Source: Nitrososphaeraceae archaeon | GTDB taxonomy: Archaea > Thermoproteota > Nitrososphaeria > Nitrososphaerales > Nitrososphaeraceae | Length of the DNA stretch: 12,060 nucleotides | Reading direction: 5' to 3' | Assembly (NCBI GenBank): GCA_035250975.1 | Contig: DATFEP010000034.1 | Location: forward strand, 1-12,060 | Part shown: one piece after another, positions 1 through 9,807 of the stretch | Layout: each line of letters opens with the position of its first letter | How positions within the stretch are numbered: position 1 is the stretch's first letter | The notes under the pieces: generated by a model | The model's database searches: none | Seen by the model: the letters and a program-made list of their open reading frames with translations, nothing else | Told to the model about the DNA's origin: nothing | Made by a program: the position numbers and the translations under genes

Positions 1-2
1 TT

Positions 3-292
3 ATTATACGAAATTATCCTGCAAAATATTTATCAATAATGGACGTAAGCAAATGCTTCTGTTGTAGTAATATCCAACGATGGTTAAAAAACTTGAAATT
101 TCTAATCACACTACTTGAAGAAAAATTGGAAGATGGTACAATAATTTAAAAATTATTTAAAAAATTCTGTAATTTAAAGGAATTGCTGAAGATCTCATTT
201 CAGACGCTAAACTAATGTGCAATATATTAGAAAGATTTATGACGAGTGGACATAAAGTCGAGATGGGAGAATTAATGGTCAAACATCTATAA
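3..292 (+). CDS. 3' end of a spliced hypothetical gene converging on the protease (exons <3-135, 180-292)
   Basis: Open frame IIRNYPAKYLSIMDVSKCFCCSNIQRWLKNLKFLITLLEEKLEDG joined by a 44-nt GT..AG intron (136-179) to IAEDLISDAKLMCNILERFMTSGHKVEMGELMVKHL*. No family recognised. Confidence 0.45.
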
Positions 293-378
293 TGAACGAA
301 GTAATACTTATACGATTAAAAAAAACAACTACCGTTAGGATGATAGAAGCTCACCATTTTAAGAACAAACTTTTTATA

Positions 379-840
379 TTATTTTATTGAATTTTTTACA
401 TAATTATATACAAATTGATCATTGTATGTATAATCCGATTTATAATATTTTAGAAAATCGTAAAATGCCTTATTGTTATGGCAATTAATTGACATATAGT
501 GAATAAATGCTAAACAATATACACCACAAAAATTTGAAAAATCAGATTGATAACGTTTAAAATTACGAGTAATGTATTTTATATCATTTACCTTTAAATT
601 ATTAACAATACATTTATTAGGGGGCTTACCTAAAGAATCAAAATAATAAATATGATTCGGTTTATCTATAAATATGCCAACCCAATGAACCCCTCTAGAT
701 CCTAGAGGCTCGATATTTAAAACTACAGTAGACGGAAATTTTACAATTCGTGGCATGACATCACACGGATAGCAACCAATGTAAAAATTCTTTGTATCAG
801 CACAGTTCCACAGAATTTTGTTTATTTGTTGTGTCTCCAT
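379..840 (-). CDS. PRO: Adenain-like (clan CE) cysteine maturation protease, 153 aa
   Basis: Catalytic His in GVHWVGI, acidic residue in YYFDSLG, oxyanion Gln and catalytic Cys in YQSDFSNFCGVYC. Typical Polinton/adenovirus protease size. Confidence 0.93.
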   Translation of the reverse strand: METQQINKILWNCADTKNFYIGCYPCDVMPRIVKFPSTVVLNIEPLGSRGVHWVGIFIDKPNHIYYFDSLGKPPNKCIVNNLKVNDIKYITRNFKRYQSDFSNFCGVYCLAFIHYMSINCHNNKAFYDFLKYYKSDYTYNDQFVYNYVKNSIK

Positions 841-1389
841 CCTTTATTAACCCTTTACTTTTTAATTCTATATCATCCACGGAATAAAAACTTTTTCGGT
901 ACTGCCGGCGGATTTGTATAAGTAAATGATGAAAATACAGGTAGAAACCAAATCCGGTTAACAAAGCGCTCGCCAGCAAGTATAATATACAATAAATTAA
1001 TTTTGCAGGCGATCCATTTTCATCCATATTCTGGGGAAAACATGCAACAACGTCAGGAAATGGGGTGGCTATCTGCTTCCCCGGTTCGTATAAATGAACT
1101 AAAATATTGAAAAATAATATATTACTATTTATTATAATAAAATAATACCCATAGGTCTTTGCTTCGATCGATAATTGGAGGAACCATTTATAGGATTGCT
1201 CAAATTATTTGATAGAGAAGTTGTTGTTATATATGTTGCATTAAGGCTCTCATAAAAATATATTTGTGGAGAAGTAGTTAGGTTTAATAACTCGATTAAA
1301 CCAGCGGTCGAGTTTGTAAAACCATTTATTTCAGAATATTTAATTAGTAATATATAAAGGCAAAAATATTTAGTGAGAAAAGCTGACAT
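797..1389 (-). CDS. Predicted type-I membrane glycoprotein, 180 aa (exons 1389-1149, 1098-797)
   Basis: A 50-nt GT..AG intron (1099-1148) joins ORFs 1132..1389 and 797..1027 in frame (QRPM-V-HLYEPGKQIATPFPDVVACFPQNMDENG). Hydrophobic N-terminus, S/T/N-rich region with sequons NST, NLT, NAT, NLS and NGS, one TM segment LIYCILYLLASALLTGFGFYLYF, then a basic tail. Confidence 0.75.
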
Positions 1390-1436
1390 TTCTTTAGAAT
1401 AATCTATAATTAGAATATAAAATAAATGGAAGATAA

Positions 1437-2981
1437 TTAGACAGTCATATCAGAGGTTAATTGTCGGTTTTTATCAATCATTAAAAGCGCGTCAACTTCT
1501 GCATAAGCAAGCATAATTAATCCCCCAGCGGGTACGGCTGCATCGAATTTTACCTCTACAGCAACTGTACCATCTTTTATCAATTCGAAACCCGGGTCAT
1601 TTTCCATAGAATTTGTTAAAACAAATGCAAATAACGTCCAGCCTTCTTTATACATGCCCATATCAATACCATTGCTGTCTGTTGAATAAGCATGACCCGT
1701 GTATTCTTGCATATCATGATAGGCTCGTACATAATGATTATTACCAAAGTTTAAATTATAAGGAACTTGCGGATAATTCCGACCTTAGAAAAAATAACAT
1801 TAAATATATTAAAATATTGTCGAATACCATTCGCAGTTATAGATATCTCTCTTATAGAATGATGTTTAAAATTAAATGGGGATTTTTGTTTATTCCCGTC
1901 ATAGGCAGATCGTTCCAAGATTCCTATACTCTACAGGTATTAATTCTAGGTCATAATATAAATTTAGAACCGATTATAATTCGCCTCGGGACCTCATTTG
2001 TAAATAAATTAGCATTGAATTCAGTTCTCCCTATATCGAAACATTGAAATATGATATCCGATATAAAATTTTTACCCTCGGTTATAGCAAGGGTTTTCAG
2101 CATCGTTTTTCGAAGTCCATATCTTGCAGGTTGAGTTTCTAATTTTCTTGCCATATCCAAAGACAGGCTATAAAATGAATTTATTTTTTAAAAAATTAGT
2201 TACGCTAACCCATCCATAAGATCTACAGTTTTGACGAATAATTTACAGCTGACAATCTCCAAAGCATAGTTTTCCAAATTAGCTATAGGTTGTATAAACA
2301 GAAATTTCGAGTTTTCATGTGGAGTAATCTCGATATCAATTTCTACATTATTAACCAAATATAATTCTTGGTTGAATAAATCAGCATCGATTTTATGTAT
2401 AAGTTGGACGGTTTTACTCTCAGCAAAGGATTCTTTCCGCTTAATATAGCCAGCTCCAGCATTAGAATCTTGATCCGCCCCATCCCTCGAATATCCTGTG
2501 CACGTTAAAAACGAATCCTTTACAGCAATAGGATACGAAAGCTCATAATCCATATAAGCTTTATAAGAATATAATCCATTGCTATCAAATGTTTCCTAAA
2601 TAAATAAAGCATATGTTTTTTAGAATTTTATTATGTGCATATTACCTGCCCATTTACAACTATTTTTAGGTTTTTTATATAGGTTGCTCCAATCATCTGT
2701 ATAGTGCTAATATCTTCTCCTGCTGGTACATTAATAGGATTATTTGCTGCATCCAATTTTCTTAGTTTCATTTCCGTTTGAATATAACATTTCGATAGAT
2801 CAATAAAGGAGGTTATCGGATGGATTTTAAAATGGAAAGGTGTAGAAGTTATAGGGTTTAAAGTCAATATTTGTCGATACGCACTGTTCGCTATAGAAAC
2901 ATTCGTTGGAGGGGTTTCAAATAAATTTAATGCACTAGTAATAGTGCTAACACTCGTCGAGTCGATTTTCTTATAAAGCAT
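1437..2981 (-). CDS. MCP: Major capsid protein (double jelly-roll, Polinton PY/hexon-like), about 440 aa; exons 2981-2646, 2595-2204, 2167-2076, 2030-1971, 1923-1828, 1783-1437
   Basis: Five GT..AG introns (50, 36, 45, 47, 44 nt) give a 1323-nt open frame. Polinton MCP-like motifs: LNLFETPPTN, FIDLSKCYI, YSYKAYMDYELSY, DLFNQELYLVNNVEI, VPRRIIIG, SPFNFKH, GWTLFAFVLT, LLMIDKNRQL. Confidence 0.9.
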
Positions 2982-3142
2982 TATATCTATAATTCTCTGT
3001 AAAAAAATTAGAAGAGGTAATGAACATACATTTGTGCTAAATATTAACAGGGGAAAACATATACAACCAATTCTAACAAAAATATAAATATTTATTGTCA
3101 CATACAAATAAATATGCAAGGAGATAAAATTAATTAACTATA

Positions 3143-3727
3143 TTAATAATAGCCTAACGCATCATGACGTTGTTTTTTCGGTGGATTCTGGGTAATTAAT
3201 TTAGCCGAACCAGCTAAAGGTCTTTTAAATTGTATAGCTTTTCCGATAATATTATCGGGCTTCAGCATAACATGAGAGCCAACCCCTTTTTTTCGTCTCT
3301 TTTTTCCAGATCCCTGTTGCAATTTTTGTTGTAAGGTCGTATTCGCTTTGTCTATAAGCCTTCGAACACCTTCTCTTCCTTCGTCAGCTATAGCTGCTTT
3401 AGGCTCTTTGCCTTGAACTATATCTGTGAGAGCTCTTGCACCTACTGCAATTCCTTCATTTCCTATAGCTCTTCCAGCCTCTTTGGCCATAGGAGCCAAA
3501 GTATGACCAATTTTCATAGCCATAGGTTTTAATGCTCTATATATACTCCGAAATATATCTCCAAGCCCGTATCCTCTTTGTCGAGCCAAGGAACTTCCTA
3601 CAAAATATCCAACGCCTCTTTGATGAAATAGAGGGAGTCCTTCAAAGTATGCAGAGCCCGAGCCATCCCCTAATTGATAAAAATTTTCTAGACGAACATC
3701 GGTTCCATCAAATATAACATGGACCAT
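3143..3727 (-). CDS. Basic virion core / membrane-active protein (adenovirus pVI/pVII-like Maverick conserved ORF), 194 aa
   Basis: Repeated QxGxG motifs, an amphipathic helix GLGDIFRSIYRALKPMAMKIG directly after QRGYG, and a K/R-rich C-terminus (KKRRKK). Lies between the two capsid genes, as is usual in Polintons. Confidence 0.75.
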   Translation of the reverse strand: MVHVIFDGTDVRLENFYQLGDGSGSAYFEGLPLFHQRGVGYFVGSSLARQRGYGLGDIFRSIYRALKPMAMKIGHTLAPMAKEAGRAIGNEGIAVGARALTDIVQGKEPKAAIADEGREGVRRLIDKANTTLQQKLQQGSGKKRRKKGVGSHVMLKPDNIIGKAIQFKRPLAGSAKLITQNPPKKQRHDALGYY

Positions 3728-3728
3728 T

Positions 3729-3963
3729 TTAAGGAATTAGACTAAAATTTAAATATAGTAAATAAATCTAAGCGTACTTACAATTTTTCTCGGATAACCA
3801 ATTTAATATTCAGTTTGACTTCGTTAAACAATAGGCTTAATACGTCAGTTGCAAATAAATATCCATCATCTTTATTGACCATTATACTCAAATTTTTAGC
3901 CATTATAAAGACTATTTTTAAAATATATAGACAGAGTTTTAGACTCTTCATTTGCATATCCAC
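3729..3963 (-). CDS. Small hypothetical spliced ORF (start codon uncertain; intron 3742-3781)
   Basis: A perfect GTAAGT donor and TTTTAG acceptor define a 40-nt intron that replaces the stop, giving ...VIREKFLIP* and ending 1 nt before the next ATG (3727). Confidence 0.4.
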
Positions 3964-4033
3964 GAAATGTTAAGAATAATATTTATTGTGAATACAAATA
4001 TATGCAATATATGTTTATAATACATAACAATTA

Positions 4034-5704
4034 TTAAAAAGGAATGGCTTTTTTAAAAACTAATGTGACAATAACAATTCCCTCAAAAGGAATAGGCCGA
4101 CCTTCCAAGCTTCGAACTTCTATAGTAATATCGTTTATTTCTTTTGCAATAACTCGAGAAAAATTTGGGTTATCATATGTTTTTTCAATAATATCTCCAG
4201 GTCTCCCTGATACAGCAACAATTTGTAGTAATGATGACATCTTATCCCCTATAATGGTATTCTCCAAAACTCCAGCATTTATATAAACACATAAATGCGA
4301 AACACCTAAAATTATATAGAGAACGAGACTATATAAAAATGTATACCTCCTCTCAAATCGCAAGCATATAAGGCCAAGTCATCAGCAAATAGAGGCTTAC
4401 CCACTTCGAATCCCAGCACATATGAAATTTGATCGGATAATTGAATATTTTTTATTTGATGGTCATTAATTCTCAAACAAAAGCGTCCAATATCATCTTG
4501 ATATTCAAATTTAATCGACTTGGCTAAATTAATTCGCTTTTCATATTCTTTTGTTAATTTTTTGTTATGCTCTTCTATCCGGGATTGAGGAGCATTAGAC
4601 AATATTTCCATAAATTTTTTCTCGTCATCTGCAGCTTCCACCAATTTCCAATATAATGGACTTCCAATCTCTGCTACACCAGCAGCCATATCCATTAACC
4701 ATTTCCTCTTGGCCTGTTTTGATTGATGCAATGTTTCGTTTTTCCATTTATTTTTGTCTCTTTCTTCTTTTTCACGTACAATTTCCATCAGATTTTTTAA
4801 ACTTTTGGGCTTCTTTTTATAACGGGCTTGGAGATCTGGATAATTCATAAAGAAATGGTCAGTAGGAAGACGTTGGGCCATATAATCTATTTCATCGTCT
4901 TCAAGCTCTGTATCACTATCTTCGATTTCTTGGACACTATTTCCCGCATTGACCTCAATATTCTCGTTTTTGGTATTTTCTTTTGGGGTCCCTTGGTTCT
5001 GCTCTTGTGTTTTTTGAGGAATAGCTTTAGTTTCTGGTACTGTTCCCGCTTCTCCAGACTTGATCGAACCATGGATTTTATCTGGTCGATCAGAAGTTGA
5101 AACATTTTGAACCTTGTGATAAACATGAGGGGTACTAGTTTCTTCGAGAACTGCCTCGTTGTCGAAATATCTTAAGTCGGATACATATTCCTCGGTTAAT
5201 TTTTGTTGCTTCGCAGCTTTTTCTTCGTTGTTATTTTTTACAGCACTTCGTTTAGATCGAGTATTAGGTTTTGTCGAACTTGATACGTTTAGTATATAAT
5301 TTTCTAATCTTTTAGATGAAAACTCTTCTTCAATTTGTTTAATTATCCCTTTCTCCAAACCTGCTTCAAGCTGTTTAGGCGAAAGATAAGATCCTTTAGC
5401 TATTCGGAATCGATAAGTACTTGTATCCCTTAATATTATTTCGATGTATTGAGCTTCCGTTGTTCCTATAGCAGGCCATGTATTAGGGTAGACAATACCT
5501 TAAAATAAACATGTAAAAAAATTTACATATTTTCTTACTTTTTAAACCACACAACCAATGTCCTTTATCAAATTCCAGCTTTTTGGGAAATTGGATTCGA
5601 AATTTATATGGTCGATTTTGTTCGGGTAATTTATTTTCGTCAAAATCCGCTCCAGTATATGGAGTATTGCTGGGTAATATAATATTAAACATAGAGCTTG
5701 ACAT
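4034..5704 (-). CDS. mCP: Minor capsid protein (penton, single jelly-roll) with large internal insertion, about 529 aa; exons 5704-5539, 5498-4347, 4305-4034
   Basis: Introns of 40 and 41 nt join three ORF fragments in frame. Polinton penton-like motifs: FNIILPSN, WLCGLKSIVYPNTW, KGSYLS, ISYVLGF, LCVY..VLENTIIGDKMSSLLQIV, ITIEVRSLEGRPIPF..VIVTLVFKK. Confidence 0.85.
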
Positions 5705-5758
5705 AATACAAGGAAAATAACAAATAGTTTTTCACTAAATAAAAATTAATTACATACT

Positions 5759-6993
5759 CTAATTAACAAAATCAGATTCATTAATCCAATATGTGTCGTG
5801 CGGATAACCAACAAACTGAACTCTATACTCTAGTTCTCCCTTTTTATTACGTCTTTTCTGTAAAACTCGATCAATCCTATATGTAGCATTCTTATCTTCA
5901 CGAGTTTTAGTAAGCTCTTCACTATAAAATCTTCCTTCTATAGGATCATTTTTATGGTCGCGCAAATAATAATAAGGAGGTGAATTTGGATCATTTTTGA
6001 CAACTCTATCGACTTTAAATATTTCATCACTGAAAGTTGGGACATATCCTTTGCGAAAAATTCTTTTCTCAAGAGCAATCCTTACATCATCCTCTTTTTT
6101 AAACCTTGGTGGTTTACGTGAAAGTTTATCACAGTCATATAGCTTCTTCCATAAGTTATTGGCATTTTCAGGTGTTACGTCAATGGGCCTCATGCCAGTT
6201 GATCGACATATCGACTTATTTATAGATTTTAATACATCATCAATAATATCCACCCAATTTGTCGTATTCTTATCAGAAAATATTTTGTATAGCTTTTGTT
6301 TAATAGTTCTTATCTATAAAGTATACAATATTTTTTCACATTAGTATTAAATTATTTTTTACCATTCTTTCAGCAACAGCAGCCTTCACACTCTTATCTG
6401 TACTACAATGCTTTGCTATATATTTTTCCTCCTTAAAGTATTTATGCATCTCTTTTGATTCAAATTCTTTGCCTGCAACAAATATCTGTAGAAATTACAT
6501 AATAATTATTCTAACCTTGATCAGTAAATAATCTTTGCGGCAGAATAGGCGTTTTATCGTCAAACAATTTATCAAAGGCCTTTATCATATCAAGAGAAGA
6601 TTTACTCTTGACAGGTATACCAAATACCATTCGACTTAATACATCTACTACTACCAATAAATAACGATATCCCCTATTTTTTGCTGCCAAAGATTGGAAA
6701 TCTAAAAAATATATTAGTACATGTTAGAAAAATGTTTAACCTGCTAAATCGGCTTGAAAATCCGTCATATATCCTGCAGGAACTGTTTTACTTCTTGGAA
6801 ATTTTAATTGCCTCGGTTTAAATAATCCATATGTTCTTTCTCCATCAAGAAAGTATAACACGTCATCATATTTTATATTATTATTTGCTTTCTTAGCTTC
6901 TTGATATAAAGCTTTGATGCCCGCATAAGAACCAGCGGTAGAAATATTAGAGTAAATATTTTTTAAAATTTTTTGTTTTTCCTCATGATCCAT
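5759..6993 (-). CDS. INT: Retroviral-like DDE integrase with C-terminal chromodomain, about 367 aa; exons 6993-6741, 6701-6516, 6472-6363, 6313-5759
   Basis: Introns of 39, 43 and 49 nt give an open frame with FQADLADF..YLLVVVDVLSR (D), LFTDQGKEF (D), KAAVAERMIRTIK (E), FRKGYVPTFSDEIF, and chromodomain YRIDRVLQKRRNKKGELEYRVQFVGYP..YWINESDF. Confidence 0.95.
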
Positions 6994-7982
6994 TTCGAGG
7001 GTCGAAAATTATCAGTATTTTTACAACAATTGCCTTTGCCTCTTTGAAATTTGGCGCTACTACTTGATGGTTTTAGCGGGTCAGATTCAAAATTAAATAA
7101 ATTTGAAAAATCTTGATAATATTGACCAAATGGCACTCTCCTTTTCTGAGCTTCTGAAATTAAATTATTCGTATAGTGATTATTGAGCAAAGAGTTCCGC
7201 AGCGCAGTCGTTCCAGCAGGACTAGGCAAGTTCTCCAGTGTAGGAAAAAGAATACGCTCAATCGCTTCATCGAGATTAGAATTTTTTATATATGTTTTTG
7301 CTTTTATAGACGTTTTTACATGCAGGCCATCTTTAGTTATAGGAAATTTATCTGCATTATTAAGCAAATATTGTTTTAATTGATTTTTCATTTCATTCTT
7401 TTCATTTTCTTGCATGTGCATAAACGGGGCGGCAAGCCTTCTCCCCCTACTGCTAAATTGAGGGGTAACAAAAGCTTCTCTCATCGGATTTACAGGGGTT
7501 CCTTCACTATTAACTTCACTCTTCTCAAATCGTGGAATATAGGAGTCATCAAACCAATAATCTTCAAAATCGCCTTGGTCGTTATAAATACCTCCTTGTG
7601 CCCCGGCATTTTTACCACTTTTAATTAACACTTTAGCTCCAGAAGGTACCAATTCAACCTTAACGGGTCGATTTTTTGCTTCATCTCTTAGACGTAAATA
7701 GCGCCGCAGGGCTTGATCATATAAAATCTTTTTTGTTGATATAGTTGTACCCTTTTTTGGCATTATTTGTCCCTTATGAAATATTTTTCGTCTGATTAAT
7801 CGTTTTTTAAAAGGTTTTGAGCTTCTTCTAGTTTTAAGTTCTCGGTTAATAGCTTTATCTGCATAATCCAGACGTCCTACTTCGGCTAAATCGTGGGAGT
7901 TACTGGATATTTTAGTAGTTTTGGCCGTGGATAATAATCCTTTATACATATCTTCAGGTACCACCATTAAACGGCGAGCCAT
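6963..7982 (-). CDS. Conserved Maverick ORF of unknown function (PZ-like), basic, 339 aa
   Basis: Long ORF starting MARRLMVVPE, with KKILYDQALRRYL, resembling the uncharacterised ORF that precedes INT in many Mavericks. QRGKG near the C-terminus. Stop overlaps the integrase start by 31 nt. Confidence 0.7.
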   Translation of the reverse strand: MARRLMVVPEDMYKGLLSTAKTTKISSNSHDLAEVGRLDYADKAINRELKTRRSSKPFKKRLIRRKIFHKGQIMPKKGTTISTKKILYDQALRRYLRLRDEAKNRPVKVELVPSGAKVLIKSGKNAGAQGGIYNDQGDFEDYWFDDSYIPRFEKSEVNSEGTPVNPMREAFVTPQFSSRGRRLAAPFMHMQENEKNEMKNQLKQYLLNNADKFPITKDGLHVKTSIKAKTYIKNSNLDEAIERILFPTLENLPSPAGTTALRNSLLNNHYTNNLISEAQKRRVPFGQYYQDFSNLFNFESDPLKPSSSSAKFQRGKGNCCKNTDNFRPSKWIMRKNKKF

Positions 7983-8027
7983 CTTTTTAACTAGACAGTA
8001 TTCGAATAAAATAACATAAAAATAATT

Positions 8028-8426
8028 TTAAAAAAGAAATCGCAAATACCTAGACACTTTTTCAATAATAGCTCTTGCAACTTCGGCTATAATAGGGGAT
8101 AGTAGGGCAACAAATAAAGGACCGTTGCCGTATTGGTTTATTATACACCTCTTTGCACTTTTTTCAGATCGTTTTCTAGAAATAGCTCTAACTATCGGAG
8201 CAAATTGCTGCAAGCGTCGAATCTGTCGATTAGATATGCAGAAACAACCAGGACGTAATATATTTGAACAAATTTCTACTAATGCCAAAAGTTCGTCATT
8301 ATTAGCCTTTTTAATGATTTTCCACCGGCGTGAGTCACTTTTAGAGCGGCTAAGGCGTTTCAAAAATTTGATGTTATTAAATACTCTAGTTCCAATAATA
8401 GAAGAATTCGATAATTGTTGTACCAT
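8028..8426 (-). CDS. Small basic Maverick conserved ORF (PW-like / putative virion core protein), about 130 aa
   Basis: LLALVEICSNIL motif, Arg/Lys-rich middle, then QYGNG followed by the hydrophobic/amphipathic PLFVALLSPIIAEVARAII. A possible 59-nt terminal intron (7991-8049) would change the end to EKVSS* at 7987. Confidence 0.75.
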   Translation of the reverse strand: MVQQLSNSSIIGTRVFNNIKFLKRLSRSKSDSRRWKIIKKANNDELLALVEICSNILRPGCFCISNRQIRRLQQFAPIVRAISRKRSEKSAKRCIINQYGNGPLFVALLSPIIAEVARAIIEKVSRYLRFLF

Positions 8427-8440
8427 CCGAAGTATTTATT

Positions 8441-9156
8441 TTATAACGGGGCGAAAATTGTACAGCTATTTATATAATCGACGTTGTCGTTTTGTTTAAC
8501 AGGAAAAATATCTGTCCTAAGTTTCAAAATAGGATTACTAGCGGGATGTAAATCAACAAATAAGTATCCGTATGGCTTTTCTGTCGCCTTTTTATATGCA
8601 TCCAGGAAATAAGGTAATTGACGTGGAAAAAGTTGGGTTCCGAGGTTCCGGATTTGTAATTGGGCCGATGGCGCCCTCATCAAGCATAAATAATGGCTAT
8701 TTGTTCGGGCTATTTTTAATGAAGGTTGGAAAAGATTCTGGCAAAGTAATAGGATTGAGAAGTTTTCATGATGGGAACGTTTTGTATACATATCCGATAA
8801 CCATTTTTCATTTAACGATAGCATCAAATCATCAAGAATTATTAGGCCAGGTTTTGGCAACGAAGATATGATATCATCATTTGGCATTCCTGCACAAATT
8901 TTTATTCCATCATTTTCCAAACTTGGTATATGATTATGAAATTGTCCATAGCAATATAATATTGATGATGTAGATCGAAGAGCAGGTTCAAACATTTCTT
9001 TATAATTTTCCAATACTTTTAAAAGAAAGGTTGTTTTACCTATATTTTAAAGTAAGTTTTTTATACTTAAAATATTATCTGACCAGAGCTAGATGGACCA
9101 CTAACAATTATTCCGCTAGGGAGCTTTATTTTCAGATCATCATTGAAGAGGTTCAT
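8441..9156 (-). CDS. ATP: A32/FtsK-HerA-type DNA packaging ATPase; exons 9156-9084, 9039-8441
   Basis: A 44-nt intron (9040-9083) splits Walker A. The spliced N-terminus is MNLFNDDLKIKLPSGIIVSGPSSSGKTTFLLKVLENY. Walker B LIILDDLM, plus RSHHENFSILLLCQNLF, RTNSHY and PYGYLFVDLHP..LRTDIF. Confidence 0.95.
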
Positions 9157-9263
9157 AATTATAAATTATTTTTTTAGAAATTAAGCTTTTCTAAAGTTTT
9201 CAATTAATAAGTTTATCATTCTATGCAAATGTCAGTACAAAACCATATGATTGTAGATCAAAA

Positions 9264-9527
9264 TTAATTATTTTTAATGTAGTCTTGAATGTTAACATTA
9301 GTGGAATTAAATGTACGTATATACTCAACAAGTAGATCATACATTTTCCTACTTTTAATCCAAAAGCCTACATGACCTTCATCCTTATACCAAAAATTAC
9401 ATTGAACAACTTTCCATGACAGGTTTGGACAACTTAAATTGTTTGTTATATTCGCGCATTGTAATTCAGTATTTACCTTTTTAGAGTGTAAAAAGAGTGA
9501 ACGTTTGTGCAATTGGTCGTTTTCCAT
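9264..9527 (-). CDS. Hypothetical protein, 87 aa
   Basis: ATG-initiated ORF co-oriented with the cluster. No motif recognised. Confidence 0.35.
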   Translation of the reverse strand: MENDQLHKRSLFLHSKKVNTELQCANITNNLSCPNLSWKVVQCNFWYKDEGHVGFWIKSRKMYDLLVEYIRTFNSTNVNIQDYIKNN

Positions 9528-9807
9528 ATCTTTTGATCAAATTTTCCGATGAATTTTTTAAAAAATTTTGAAAATTCTTTTAAAAGCATTTTCTTTTTAA
9601 AGTAGATCATTATCGATCCTTTCACATCTATTGAATTCCAACGTCCACATAGTTCAACAACATTGCGCGAATTCTTTTTTTCTTCGCCTGCGAGTACTTT
9701 TTACAGCAAATATAACAAACAATTTTTAATTAACATATATAACTGAATATTCGGTGAAGCATTTAGTGTATAGAATATTATGCTATCAATAAAATTACAT
9801 ATTCACA

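Noticed and set aside
797-1389. gB-like fusogen of nematode Mavericks
   Set aside because: At 180 aa with almost no ectodomain cysteines it is far too small for a class III fusion protein.
2982-3119. Hydrophobic N-terminal extension of the MCP ORF
   Set aside because: AT-rich intergenic read-through from a non-ATG start. MCP similarity begins at ATG 2981, after a splice-acceptor-like sequence.
1613-8871. Plus-strand ORFs in the track (1613, 3532, 4044, 4656, 4828, 5997, 7176, 7183, 7380, 8125, 8572) and nested 4887..5126
   Set aside because: Antisense or alternate-frame shadows of well-supported minus-strand genes, with no motifs.
1437-9156. Pseudogenised or frameshifted capsid, integrase and ATPase genes
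   Set aside because: All breaks are resolved in frame by short GT..AG introns and the catalytic motifs are intact.
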